The position numbers and the translations under genes are program-made. Source: Candidatus Sumerlaeales bacterium (lineage in GTDB: Bacteria; Sumerlaeota; Sumerlaeia; Sumerlaeales; Sumerlaeaceae). Taken from it: a stretch of 64,000 nt of DNA. Positions 1 to 9,894 of the stretch are shown here, one piece after another (within the stretch, counting starts at the first letter, position 1; each line of letters starts with the position of its first letter). A model generated the notes under the pieces. The model ran no database searches. It was not told where the DNA came from and saw only the letters and a program-made list of their open reading frames with translations. The stretch is from assembly GCA_038243585.1 (NCBI GenBank), contig JBBSQY010000003.1, forward strand, positions 32,001 through 96,000. The letters run 5' to 3'.

Positions 1-744
1 AAGTTTGAGAGCAAATTTTTGGTTTAATTCTTCGAGAATACGGCGTATATCGGCTTGGAAATAGGCCGCATCGTCACAAACATTAACACCCCACACTTGT
101 GGCTTCTTAAGTCCGGAGATTGCTCGACCGGCGATTAGGCCAGCAGTTGTTCCACCACTGCCGACCGCGCTTACGATATGGTCAAATGTCAGGTTCTTTC
201 GCTTGCTCTGCGCCTGAATCTCGTTCCATGCATGAATGTACCCCCAGCTCCCGATGGCATTGGATGCGCCGACGGGAATCCAGTAGCAGCGCTTTCCCTC
301 CGCCGTGTATTTGTCAACGAGTTCGTCAACAATTGCAGGCTGACGGGTGGAGTATTCTTCGGCAGGAAAATAGGAAAAGGTTGCGCCAGCGAGTTGATCG
401 AGCAGGAGGTTGCCGTCCGGTGCTCCATGTTGCTCTCCGCGCAGAATCAGATGGCACTTAAGCCCCAGGCGCGCGCAGGCTAACGCCGTGGCGCGGCAGT
501 GGTTGCTCTGAATACCACCCGCTGTGATTATAACGTCAGCTTTCAGGCTCAGGGCTTCAGCGAGGGAGAATTCCAACTTCCGAATCTTGTTGCCACCCAG
601 CACACTACCCGTCAAATCGTCTCGCTTGACCCAGATTTCCGGGCCGCCCGCCAGCTCCGTTATGCGTGGTAGAAACTCAATGGGTGTCGGAGTTAGGGCG
701 AGTTTAAGGCGTTTTGGAATAGCGGGCAAGTCATGTTTCTCCAA
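1..744 (-). CDS. dcyD: D-cysteine desulfhydrase / ACC deaminase family PLP enzyme (3' end runs off the left edge)
   Basis: Not in the ORF track; my translation of the minus strand is open from TTG 744 to base 1: LALTPTPIEFLPR..IWVKRDDLTGSVLGGNKIRKLEF (PLP lysine), ITAGGIQSNHCRATALACARLGLKC, IPVGASNAIGSWGY, SAVGSGGTTAGL. Start could be TTG 729. Confidence 0.9.
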   Translation of the reverse strand, partial: MEKHDLPAIPKRLKLALTPTPIEFLPRITELAGGPEIWVKRDDLTGSVLGGNKIRKLEFSLAEALSLKADVIITAGGIQSNHCRATALACARLGLKCHLILRGEQHGAPDGNLLLDQLAGATFSYFPAEEYSTRQPAIVDELVDKYTAEGKRCYWIPVGASNAIGSWGYIHAWNEIQAQSKRKNLTFDHIVSAVGSGGTTAGLIAGRAISGLKKPQVWGVNVCDDAAYFQADIRRILEELNQKFALKL

Positions 745-750
745 GGCTGC

Positions 751-788
751 AAAATAAAACGCGGTTAACCAATAGATGGATAACCGCG
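751..788 (-). terminator. Rho-independent terminator downstream of rpmB
   Basis: Inverted repeat CGCGGTTA (760-767) / TAACCGCG (781-788), followed on the minus strand by TTTTATTTT. Confidence 0.7.
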
Positions 789-835
789 AAAAACTGGTAC
801 AGGCATCGCGCCTGGCGCCGGTGCTTAAAGTTTAA

Positions 836-1024
836 TCAGGAAGCTTTTACAACCCGGTTGGACTTTAGGCAATTGGTACAAACTTTAATGCGTCTTACGC
901 CACCGGCGACTTTCGCACGAACCCGCTGCAGGTTTGGCAACCAGCGACGCCGCGTCTTGTTATTGGCATGGCTTACATTGTTGCCCGTTGCAGGGCCTTT
1001 TCCACAAACTTGGCATTTTGCCAT
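836..1024 (-). CDS. rpmB: 50S ribosomal protein L28 (zinc-ribbon, C+ form)
   Basis: [48 protein letters not shown] upstream of ATG 1024. Confidence 0.97.
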   Translation of the reverse strand: MAKCQVCGKGPATGNNVSHANNKTRRRWLPNLQRVRAKVAGGVRRIKVCTNCLKSNRVVKAS

Positions 1025-1278
1025 TTCAGTCACTCCAAAAAAAATTACCGAGGTCAGCCGCGTCTGATTACATTTGTTGCAACCCGACTGACAGCCGGAA
1101 TCGTTATGCGCTATTAGGCCTATTATTCAATTACACAACGCGACCTACGACAGATTTCGGCTCAGTTCGTGCTGCAATCAATTGTAAAAACACCGTACAA
1201 ATCCCTTGCCCTTGCCATACTCAGAGGGCCTCTTCGATACAGTTAACCGCTACAAAAATCTTTAAAAGGTTCGGGCAT

Positions 1279-2367
1279 TTGGCTTATACGCAACAAGTAG
1301 ACAGGTATGTTTTCCATAAGCCCCTATGGCGTAAGGTGCTGCCGCTTTTCCTTTTAATACTTATATGGATAGTGCCGCTTTTTTTGTGGCGCGGCACCGC
1401 CATCAAGTTACCGGAACCTTTTGACACCTGGCCAGCGATTGGATTGGATTGGCTGGCTCAAGTAGGAATTACCTTTAAAGATACCTTTCCGATTGCGTTG
1501 GTCCTCACCGCGGTCCTGGTGTTCTGGTGGTATAAAGCTTTTGAGATCCTTATTATCTCCGCCGATGCCATTACCCGCAGTTCGCTGCTGGGTTTTCGGA
1601 GGACCCTGCGCTGGGTTGATGTGGACGAGGTCCTTATCGATCACCTGGAAGCTCGTATGGAAGGAGATGCGACCGCGCGCAAAACCCTTTACCTGTATGA
1701 GGTTCCCAAAGGAATTTTCGGCCTACGCCGTCGGATGAAAATTAACAACCGGCAATTCGATGGATTTGAGGATGTGGAACGGATTGCGGTTCTGGTCAGC
1801 GTGCCGGCCGTAGCGGAACGGCTTCGCCAGCGTGTTGAAGCCACCAAAAAGTCTGCTACCTTTGCCGTGCTCGATCCTGGAGAGCTTCTGATGGGTAGCC
1901 TTTCGGTGCTGCTGGGTCTGCTGATGGTGGCTGCGGCTTTTTATGACACGCTCTGGCTGCTCTTTGAAATCCCTTACGAGATGGCCGTTCGGCCCGCTGT
2001 TATTGTGGCGGGAGTGCTTCTTTTCTTGTTTGGTTTGTTCAAATTCTTCTATAAGCAAATCGGGGTCGACGGAGAAAATGTTTACATTATGCGCGCTAGA
2101 TGGGTGCTTAAGCGTATCCCAATTGATACTATCGCTGATATCCAGATTCGCGAAAATCAGATGCGTGTGTATGCATTTGTAAAAGATCCGGAAATCCCGA
2201 AACAAGTGTTTAAGACCAACAAGTACGTGCGCAACCGCGGCGTAATGCTGCGGCTTATCCGAGAGATCTACGATGTGCGCCGTAATATGGATAATGTCCC
2301 TATTCCTGGGTTGTCAGGCGGGGCTCAGCCTGCGGCAGATCACAATCAAGGCATTGATCCGATTTGA
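1279..2367 (+). CDS. Hypothetical membrane protein with two (TM hairpin + PH-like soluble domain) units
   Basis: Four hydrophobic segments in two pairs, each followed by a beta-rich bPH-like stretch (TLRWVDVDEV; RIPIDTIADIQI). Start moved to TTG 1279 (AAGG upstream) because the track start at 934 overlaps rpmB. Confidence 0.6.
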   Translation: MAYTQQVDRYVFHKPLWRKVLPLFLLILIWIVPLFLWRGTAIKLPEPFDTWPAIGLDWLAQVGITFKDTFPIALVLTAVLVFWWYKAFEILIISADAITRSSLLGFRRTLRWVDVDEVLIDHLEARMEGDATARKTLYLYEVPKGIFGLRRRMKINNRQFDGFEDVERIAVLVSVPAVAERLRQRVEATKKSATFAVLDPGELLMGSLSVLLGLLMVAAAFYDTLWLLFEIPYEMAVRPAVIVAGVLLFLFGLFKFFYKQIGVDGENVYIMRARWVLKRIPIDTIADIQIRENQMRVYAFVKDPEIPKQVFKTNKYVRNRGVMLRLIREIYDVRRNMDNVPIPGLSGGAQPAADHNQGIDPI

Positions 2368-2579
2368 TGCAGTCGCAAGGACGCCCGCCTGTGCGAGGCT
2401 AGGGCTCCATTTTTTCCCCTGTTTGATCTACATAAGTTATCTCGACCCAACCACAGCACTATTTTATCGATGTTGACTGCTGACGATAGCGTCTTGTCCA
2501 ACTGACACAGGAGGGACGCCTATGCTACTTTAAATCTCCATGAAGCGATTCTCGCTGCGCGCGTAGGTAGAAGCACCAG

Positions 2580-4853
2580 ATGTTTGACCCAGAAACCATC
2601 TCCAATTTTCCGACTGCGCCCGGCGTTTACATTATGAAGAATGCCGCGGGTGATGTGATTTATGTCGGCAAGGCTGCCAACCTCCGCAACCGGGTGCGGA
2701 ATTACTTTTCTCAGACGGGCGACGGGCGTTATACAGTGCCGTTTCTTGTGCGTCACGTCGAGACAATCGAGACGATAATCGCGTCGTCAGAAAAAGACGC
2801 TTTTCTTCTCGAAAACAACCTCATTAAAAAGTATCGCCCGCGCTATAATATCCGTCTACGCGACGACAAGACGTACCTCTCCCTCCGGTTCCGCATGAGC
2901 CACCAGTATCCGCGGCTGGAAATGACGCGGGTGCGCCGAGCGGAGTTGGGCAGCGCAGGTACGACAGCAATGGGCACGGGCGAAGCTCTTACCGAGCCTA
3001 TCGAAGAAAAGAAAAAACGTGTCAAGCGCGACAACGACCTTTATTTCGGCCCGTTTACATCCTCTGGCGCTGTCCGTGAAACGCTGCGTTTTCTTCTTAA
3101 GGCATTCCCCGTTCGCACCTGCCGCGATTCGGTGTTTCGGAATCGCACCCGCCCATGTATTCTGCATGATGTCGGCAAATGTTGCGCTCCTTGCACCGAA
3201 CAGGTAACGCCAGAGCATTACGCGAACCTGGTGCAGCGCGTGGCTACTTTCTTTAGCGGAAAAGATGATGAAGTGCGCCGCACGCTTAGCCTTCGCATGG
3301 AGGAGCTGGCGGAGAACCTTGAATTCGAAAAAGCGGCACTGATACGGGATCGTCTGAACGCGCTGGATCGTACGTTGGAGTCGCACCAAAGCGAGTCGCA
3401 CATGGGAGGGGACAGGGACGTGATAGCGATCGCCAGTTCGCAGGGACGCTCTCTGGTGGTCATTCAGCAGTTTCGCCGCGGTGTTCTGATCCACTCGACT
3501 GATTTTTATACGCGCAACTATGAGCAGGAAAACAGCGAGGTTCTCTACTCGTTTATATCTCAGCAGTACGACGGCCTCGCGGGGCAGATTCCACCGGAAG
3601 TCCTGGTGAGCGAAGAGCCGCAGGATTGCGCGCTGCTGGAGGAGTGGCTTCGCGAGCAGCGCGTCGGGGCAGTGCGGCTTCATATGCCCCAACGGGGCAA
3701 GCTGAACGCTGTCACTCATACGGCCCTGCAGAACGCCCGCATGGGCTTAAATCGCCGCCTGGGTGGAGAGCGCACGCGCGAAGAAACCTTGGAAGAGCTC
3801 AGCGAACGGCTAACTTTGGAACGTCCGCCGCGCACCATAGAATGTCTGGATATTTCCAATATCATGGGAGTCCTGGCGGTTGGATCTATCGTGCGTTTTG
3901 AAGACGGCGAGCCGGATAAATCCGGATACCGCCTCTATAGGATCCGGACCGTAGAGGGCAGCAACGATTTCGCAATGATACGAGAAGTAATGCTGCGGCG
4001 GTTTCGCCCGGAAAGTGATCGGGCGCGGGAGTTCCCAGATCTTTTTATTGTGGACGGGGGGAAGGGCCAGCTTGGCATGGCGGAAGAGGTTTTTCGCGAA
4101 CTGGGAATTACGGATGTGAGCCTGGCCGGTATGGCGAAGAGCCGCTTAAAGGTACGGGCTCCGCGCAAGTTTCCTGGCGTGATAACCGGACCTGCTGCGG
4201 ATCGGGTGTCAGAGCCACGGCCGGATACTTCAATTGATGGCACCGAGGCAAAGTCGATAAATGATTACTTTCCCGATGCGCCAGATTACGTGGGCGGAGA
4301 ACCTGAGGCGGACGAACCAGTTACCTTGAAAGCCCGGGAACGTTTCAGGCCACTTACGGTGCAAGGATATGGCAAGGAAGAGGTTATCCGATTTCGTACT
4401 GAAGAGCGCATCTTCCTGCCCGGACGGAAAAATCCGGTCACTTTTGCCACGAATTCGCCCGCGTTGTTTTTGCTTGAACGGATTCGAAACGAAACCCACC
4501 GCACGGCGATCAATTATCATAGAAAACTTCGGGAAAAAACCAACCGACGCAGTATGCTGGACGAAGTGCCGGGGGTGGGGCCAAAGCGCAAGGCATTGCT
4601 GCTGCGCCATTTTGGAAGTCTGACAGCGTTAAGGGCAGCGACGCCCGAGGATATTGCAGCGGTAGACGGAGTCAGCGCGGACGCTGCACAGAACGTTTAC
4701 GATTTCATCCATGCCCAGGGAGTTGCCCCGGCACCTGTCAAGATTGAAGTTGAAGAAGAATGGGTTACAGTGGACGAGGAACCGGATAATATAGGAAGCG
4801 AGAAGCCGGAGGATCTGCTGGACCCGTCCGATCGTCGGTCGGTGGACTTGTAG
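2580..4853 (+). CDS. uvrC: Excinuclease ABC subunit C
   Basis: GIY-YIG (PGVYIMK..VIYVGKAANLRNRV), YFGPF, Cys cluster, UVR domain (LEFEKAALIRD), RNase H-like domain (IECLDISN, VDGGKGQL, RNETHR), C-terminal HhH (PGVGPKRK). Confidence 0.97.
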   Translation: MFDPETISNFPTAPGVYIMKNAAGDVIYVGKAANLRNRVRNYFSQTGDGRYTVPFLVRHVETIETIIASSEKDAFLLENNLIKKYRPRYNIRLRDDKTYLSLRFRMSHQYPRLEMTRVRRAELGSAGTTAMGTGEALTEPIEEKKKRVKRDNDLYFGPFTSSGAVRETLRFLLKAFPVRTCRDSVFRNRTRPCILHDVGKCCAPCTEQVTPEHYANLVQRVATFFSGKDDEVRRTLSLRMEELAENLEFEKAALIRDRLNALDRTLESHQSESHMGGDRDVIAIASSQGRSLVVIQQFRRGVLIHSTDFYTRNYEQENSEVLYSFISQQYDGLAGQIPPEVLVSEEPQDCALLEEWLREQRVGAVRLHMPQRGKLNAVTHTALQNARMGLNRRLGGERTREETLEELSERLTLERPPRTIECLDISNIMGVLAVGSIVRFEDGEPDKSGYRLYRIRTVEGSNDFAMIREVMLRRFRPESDRAREFPDLFIVDGGKGQLGMAEEVFRELGITDVSLAGMAKSRLKVRAPRKFPGVITGPAADRVSEPRPDTSIDGTEAKSINDYFPDAPDYVGGEPEADEPVTLKARERFRPLTVQGYGKEEVIRFRTEERIFLPGRKNPVTFATNSPALFLLERIRNETHRTAINYHRKLREKTNRRSMLDEVPGVGPKRKALLLRHFGSLTALRAATPEDIAAVDGVSADAAQNVYDFIHAQGVAPAPVKIEVEEEWVTVDEEPDNIGSEKPEDLLDPSDRRSVDL

Positions 4854-4857
4854 CTTG

Positions 4858-4920
4858 TTCCGAGGGCTGCGTCGCTGCGCTCCTGACCCCCGGCTACCAC
4901 TCTGATGTCCCTCCGGGACA
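4858..4920. repeat. REP-like palindromic extragenic element (single copy in window)
   Basis: Perfect hairpin TGTCCC-TCC-GGGACA (4906-4920) next to imperfect inverted repeat CCGAGGG..CCCCCGG enclosing GTCGCTGCGCTC; starts just after the uvrC stop. Confidence 0.5.
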
Positions 4921-5132
4921 GGCGTATATAATAAACGTTTAGTGATAGTCGAGTGACATCTGTTTTGTACTTTGGTGGGTTGTAGCGATTTGGGAGGATC
5001 CTGAATGCGTCTTTCGCTTGGGTTTACACAGGCGGGTCGCCTATGCTACTTCAGGTTTTTGGTCCTGTAAAGTGGCGCGATTTTGGTAAACACAGAGTGA
5101 CAATAGTTTGCATTATTCTGCATTGCGGCTGA

Positions 5133-6605
5133 CTAGTGCATTCCTGACTTGCTGTAGCCGTGGGCTGGGGCGAACCAGGCGAGGGCAAACAGAATTGTTC
5201 CAACCACTGAGAATCCGCAGATGGCCTGAAAGAACATGGACCAGCCGTAGTGTTCAGCAATATAGCCGACTCCTACGCCACTGATAATTCCGCTGAGATA
5301 CCCAAACAAGCCAGTCAGCCCAACGGCCGTCGCAGCCGCATGTTTGGTGGCAAGGTTGGCGACTGCAATTCCTACAAGCGCCTGAGGCCCATAGATACAG
5401 AAACCAGCAAGGCCCATGATTGTGGCTGCAACAAGCCCTGAGTCAAGGGGCAGCTTCCATAGAGCGAAGACAGCCGCGGTGCATCCGGCCATATAGAATA
5501 AACAGGTGCGCGAGCCGCGCCCGCCGAAGACATTGTCTGTCAGCCAGCCGGCCAACAACATGCCGAATATACCTGCAATTTCGAACGTGGCAGTGATCCA
5601 TGCGGCGTGGCTTAGGTCAAATCCTTTGGCCTCTTTAAAGACCGTTGGTGCCCAGTCGAAAATGGCGTACCGGACGGTGTAAACAAAGAAGTTGGCAATA
5701 GCAAAAATCCAGATGTAGGGGTTCGAAAACACTTTTTTCATGTAGCTGGACTTCGGATTTTCTTCCAGAGACTCGTAAAGATTCTCAGCAGTGTCCGGGT
5801 TAACATCATGGCTGGTCTGATCCAGCTTTTGATCGTCCAAAGTTTCCACCGGAGGCAGGCCGAGAGATTCCGGCGTGTCTTTTAAACTTATCCACAGGTA
5901 GATGGCTACGGTAGCTGCAATGGCGGCCGGAACATAGAACAACGATCGCCAACCAAAGCCTGTCGCCACAAGCAATCCGCCAAGAGCCACCACCCCTGCA
6001 GCGCCAACGGAGTGCGAAATATTCCACAACGACATGCGGGTAGCCAGAATTTTCGGTGGGAACCAGTGGGTTAAAAGGCGCGCACAGGGTGGAAACCCCA
6101 TTCCCTGAAACCACCCGTTGGCCATCCAGATCAACCCGAATGCCCAAGCCATCGCGCTGAATCCGAAAATGGCCGAGGTCGCGCCTTTTGTAAGCATGGC
6201 ACTGGCGGCAAAAGCCACATTCAGGACTGCGCAAACAACAAGGCCCACAACCATAAAAACTCGCGCGTTTGACCGGTCTCCCAGGAAACCGTTCACGAAT
6301 TTGCTCACGCCATAGAGGATACCGTGGAGTGTCAGAAAAAGGCCCAGGCTGGTTTTGGTAATTCCCAGGTCCTGTTCCATGAGCGGCATGGCGACGCTTA
6401 AATTCTTACGGACAAAGTAAAACGCCGCATAGCCAATCATTGTGGCGATGAGGATCTCCCTTTGATATTTCCGGTATCCCGCCCGAACAGCGGTAGCGTC
6501 GGTAATCCTGTGGGAAGCGGGCGGATCTGGCTGGAAAATTCCGAACACACCTTGTTTCTTTTCTGCGCCATTATATATGTTTGGCTGCCTGGGTGACTGG
6601 CTCAT
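5133..6605 (-). CDS. MFS organophosphate:Pi antiporter (OPA family, GlpT/UhpC-like)
   Basis: GYAAFYFVRKN, YGVSKFVNGFLGDRSNAR, NGWFQGMGFPPC, WNISHSVG, NFFVYTVRYAIFDWAP, GFCIYGPQALVG, GLTGLFGY; about 12 TM segments. Confidence 0.92.
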   Translation of the reverse strand: MSQSPRQPNIYNGAEKKQGVFGIFQPDPPASHRITDATAVRAGYRKYQREILIATMIGYAAFYFVRKNLSVAMPLMEQDLGITKTSLGLFLTLHGILYGVSKFVNGFLGDRSNARVFMVVGLVVCAVLNVAFAASAMLTKGATSAIFGFSAMAWAFGLIWMANGWFQGMGFPPCARLLTHWFPPKILATRMSLWNISHSVGAAGVVALGGLLVATGFGWRSLFYVPAAIAATVAIYLWISLKDTPESLGLPPVETLDDQKLDQTSHDVNPDTAENLYESLEENPKSSYMKKVFSNPYIWIFAIANFFVYTVRYAIFDWAPTVFKEAKGFDLSHAAWITATFEIAGIFGMLLAGWLTDNVFGGRGSRTCLFYMAGCTAAVFALWKLPLDSGLVAATIMGLAGFCIYGPQALVGIAVANLATKHAAATAVGLTGLFGYLSGIISGVGVGYIAEHYGWSMFFQAICGFSVVGTILFALAWFAPAHGYSKSGMH

Positions 6606-6608
6606 GCA

Positions 6609-7958
6609 TTAAACCTTTGCTGCGGCGGATTGAAAAAGAGAAGCCATGGCTTTTTCAAACAGTCCTGCTCGGTGGACAAGATCTAGAACAGTGAATCGGC
6701 GACGAATATGGAGGGCCTTGCGATAGGCCTCTTCCATTTTGTCCGCTGAAATACCAATGGCCTCACTGCTGCTCGGTGCGCCGGCTTTTTGCAGACTGTC
6801 GGCAAGTTGTGCCTGTGAGGGAATCTGCTTTTGCAGGCGTTTTTTAAGTTCCGGCCACGCTTGTTTGAGCGTCAGTAGTTGCTGCCTCAGCTCGTCTGCG
6901 GGTATGTACTTTTCCCGCTGTTCTTCCAAGGCCTTGATGCGAATTTCTTCGATGGTGAAGAGACCGTTTATTTCGGCTTCCATCTCATCCCATGTGGGCC
7001 ATTGGGACACGGCTGCTTCAATATTCAGCGATTCGAGAGGCTGCGTATAAAGGAACTCATAAAGCGCGGAACTGGCAAGGGTCCCGATGCCAACTTTAAA
7101 CCCGTGGCTCACGGAATGACCTTCGAACTTGTGGCTTTCCATATCCCACAGATGGCTGAACTGATGTTCAGCGCCGGAAGCGGGGCGGCTGTTTTGCAGA
7201 TGCTGCATGGCGAAGCCGCCCATCATAAGGCCGGCGACCAGAGACTCCAGCGCGGCAGAGTCTGCGGTTGCGATGCCTGCGGGGTTGGCCAGCCATTCTC
7301 GCAGGTTGCCCTGCACCATTTGCCATGCAGGCGGATCGATGGGCTCGATGCCGAGAGCGTTGGCAACAATCCAGTCGGCCCCCGCCGGCAGCTTGGCAAG
7401 GAGGTCCGCATAGCCACTGGCGTTCATAGAAGGGGGGGCCTGGGCAATGACATTCAGATCGGCTACGACGGCCAGCGGAGCGGGACAATTGAAAGTCTGC
7501 TTGCTGCCTTTAAACGTGATGGAAGCGCCGTAGGCGGTATAACCGTCCATGCTCGCTGCAGTTGCCACGCACATATAACGGCGTCCGGAATGGCAGGCCG
7601 CCAGTTTAGTAATATCGTTAACACTGCCTGACCCTACGGCCACTGGTATGGCGTCGGTTTGATTTAGTGCCTCTTCTAACTGATCGACAAACTTGTACTC
7701 CGCATAGATGGACGGATCTTCGAAAATAAATGGTTTATCGCAGTCGATGTCTTGCGCCAGAAGGGCATCATAAACCTTTCTGCCGCAGATTTTAAAGGTC
7801 TCTGCATCCGCTACAATTAGAGCTTTCCGGCCGGAGAAACAGGTGTGGAATGTTCGAGCCACATCCGAGGCATTATCGCGACCAATAACTAGATATTTAG
7901 TATCGGTAGCAGCGGTAAGGGCCTTGTCTAAGTCAGCTTGGTATGGGGACTGAGTCAT
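6609..7958 (-). CDS. sn-glycerol-1-phosphate dehydrogenase (bacterial AraM/EgsA-like, DHQS-like metal fold)
   Basis: AVGSGSVNDITK, TAASMDGY, ASGYADLLAK, SRPASGAEHQFSHLWDM, HGFKVGIG match G1PDH family motifs and metal ligands. Confidence 0.88.
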   Translation of the reverse strand: MTQSPYQADLDKALTAATDTKYLVIGRDNASDVARTFHTCFSGRKALIVADAETFKICGRKVYDALLAQDIDCDKPFIFEDPSIYAEYKFVDQLEEALNQTDAIPVAVGSGSVNDITKLAACHSGRRYMCVATAASMDGYTAYGASITFKGSKQTFNCPAPLAVVADLNVIAQAPPSMNASGYADLLAKLPAGADWIVANALGIEPIDPPAWQMVQGNLREWLANPAGIATADSAALESLVAGLMMGGFAMQHLQNSRPASGAEHQFSHLWDMESHKFEGHSVSHGFKVGIGTLASSALYEFLYTQPLESLNIEAAVSQWPTWDEMEAEINGLFTIEEIRIKALEEQREKYIPADELRQQLLTLKQAWPELKKRLQKQIPSQAQLADSLQKAGAPSSSEAIGISADKMEEAYRKALHIRRRFTVLDLVHRAGLFEKAMASLFQSAAAKV

Positions 7959-7988
7959 GGGTGGAAATCTTTCAAAGTATTAATGAAG

Positions 7989-8963
7989 CTAATTTGCGGC
8001 GGAAGTAGCGTCGTCGATCGACGCGGTGGGGAGATTGTAGTAATCTTTTATAGCTTTTCTGGTGGTTTCCGGATGATCTGTGGCGAAAGACATGAAGCCC
8101 AGGTCCAACAGTTTCCAGTAAGCTTCAGCGCTTGTTCCGCCATAAGGCAGGGTCTGGTAGAGTATGTTATTTTCACGTAGAACATCTCCTGCGGAAATCA
8201 AAAACTTATCCGACGAGGTAAACGGATTTACAAAATCGCGACGGATACTTTCGGCAGATGTGGTCAGATGCGTGTGAATCTGAACCTGGGTAATAGCCTC
8301 AAAGTCCCGCGCTTTAGCAGCCTCAAATTTGGTTGCCTGTTCCGCTTCGGTTTTGCCGCTCACCCATAAAAGTGTTTCCGATTTCGGCACCAGTTTTTTC
8401 CATTCGACAATCTGGTCATGGTGCTGGGACGCCAGCACGACCTGACCTTCGATCTTGTGCTTTTTTACCAGATCTGCCAGCTTGGAAAGGTCCACTTTTT
8501 TGATATCCAGATACAAATGGCGCTCTGGCTTTCCCGCCATCAGGGCAAACACATCCTCTATAGTCGCCACTCTGCGATTGAGAAATCTATCCCCCAGCCA
8601 AGAGCCGACGTCCAACATTTTTAGTTCGTCAAATGTCACATCTTCGACGCCTTTTTTTGCCAATTCTGGCGATGCGTTCTTTACGACGCGTTGGAAGTTT
8701 GTGTCATGAAAGGCGACAATTACGCCGTCGCTGGTCGTGCGCACGTCCGCTTCCGGATAGGTTCCAAGCTTCCAACCAAGCTCAAAAGCCTCTACGGTAT
8801 TTTCCGGGGCAAGATCGCCGGCGCCGCGGTGGCTTTGAACTATGGCCTGCTCGGGCTTCATGTGGCTGCGTATATTCCATTCGGCTTGAGTCACTTCCTG
8901 AGCTGTTGCTGTGAATGCAGCAACGCAGAAAAGTGCGGTTGTTAAAATGGTGGGAGTTTTCAT
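7989..8963 (-). CDS. Secreted glycerophosphodiester phosphodiesterase (GDPD family)
   Basis: Signal peptide (MKTPTILTTALFCVAAFTATA-QE); SHRGAG..APENTVEAF, EADVRTTSDGVIVAFHD, YLDIK, FATDHP; AAGGAG RBS. Confidence 0.92.
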   Translation of the reverse strand: MKTPTILTTALFCVAAFTATAQEVTQAEWNIRSHMKPEQAIVQSHRGAGDLAPENTVEAFELGWKLGTYPEADVRTTSDGVIVAFHDTNFQRVVKNASPELAKKGVEDVTFDELKMLDVGSWLGDRFLNRRVATIEDVFALMAGKPERHLYLDIKKVDLSKLADLVKKHKIEGQVVLASQHHDQIVEWKKLVPKSETLLWVSGKTEAEQATKFEAAKARDFEAITQVQIHTHLTTSAESIRRDFVNPFTSSDKFLISAGDVLRENNILYQTLPYGGTSAEAYWKLLDLGFMSFATDHPETTRKAIKDYYNLPTASIDDATSAAN

Positions 8964-9126
8964 AATATCTCCTTATTATTTGCTCTAGATGTAAATCAGG
9001 ATAAGAAGATTATGTTTGTGTCCAGAAAAAACATTCTGGTATAAAAATTCAGGAGTCTGCTGCTCAGTGGTTACAGGCGTCATTTCATGCTTGAACATAC
9101 GTAATCGTTAAACGTAGAGCTTCCTT

Positions 9127-9894
9127 GTGTTGACCAAAAGAATCATTCCGTGCCTTGACGTTAAAGACGGCCGTGTTGTCAAAGGGGTTAACTTTGTAAA
9201 CCTCGTGGATGCCGGTGACCCCGTTGAGGCGGCAGTAGCCTATGATAAGGCCGGCGCCGATGAGCTGGTTTTTCTCGATATAACAGCCACCCACGAGCGG
9301 CGCGCCACCATGATCGATGTGGTACAGCGAACCGCTGCGCAGGCATTTATGCCGGTGACGGTCGGCGGTGGCATTCGCACTCTGGATGACATAAAAAGTC
9401 TGCTTCGCGCCGGCGCGGATAAAATTTCTCTTAATACGTGTGCCGTTGAGCACCCTGAGTTTGTCAAGCAGGCCTCGCGGCGTTTCGGCACGCAGTGCAT
9501 AGTAGTCGCGATTGATGCGAAGCGCTCGAACAGGCCAGATATGGATTACGAAGTTTATACTCACGGTGGGCGAAAGGCGCGAAGCCTGGACGCCGTTGAA
9601 TGGGCAAAGCTCATGGAAAAGTATGGGGCTGGGGAGATTTTGCTGACCAGCATGGATCGCGACGGTACCCGCGACGGCTATGATATTGAACTTACCAGGG
9701 CGATTAGCGAGGCTGTTAATATTCCGGTGATTGCGTCCGGCGGAGTCGGTAACTTACAGCACCTGGTGGACGGCATAGTCGACGGCAAGGCGGACGCCGT
9801 ATTGGCGGCTTCCATTTTCCACTTCGGAATTCACACGGTGCGTGAAGCCAAAGAATACATGGCGGGGCAGGGCGTTGCAGTTCGGCTGGAGTAG
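9127..9894 (+). CDS. hisF: Imidazole glycerol phosphate synthase cyclase subunit
   Basis: [62 protein letters not shown]. Start GTG 9127 or TTG 9130. Confidence 0.98.
   Translation: MLTKRIIPCLDVKDGRVVKGVNFVNLVDAGDPVEAAVAYDKAGADELVFLDITATHERRATMIDVVQRTAAQAFMPVTVGGGIRTLDDIKSLLRAGADKISLNTCAVEHPEFVKQASRRFGTQCIVVAIDAKRSNRPDMDYEVYTHGGRKARSLDAVEWAKLMEKYGAGEILLTSMDRDGTRDGYDIELTRAISEAVNIPVIASGGVGNLQHLVDGIVDGKADAVLAASIFHFGIHTVREAKEYMAGQGVAVRLE

Noticed and set aside
120..757. Short track ORFs at 120, 178, 189 and 524
   Set aside because: Shadows of the minus-strand dcyD frame that the track missed because it lacks a stop within the window.
934..1278. N-terminal extension of the ORF at 934
   Set aside because: Overlaps rpmB and its promoter region on the opposite strand; TTG 1279 has a better RBS.
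4146..4394. UvrC insertion as an intein
   Set aside because: No C/S start with HN-C/S/T end; short and low-complexity.
6609..7958. G1PDH as evidence of archaeal-type ether lipid synthesis
   Set aside because: No GGGP or DGGGP synthase in the window; the hydrolase and permease context points to catabolism.
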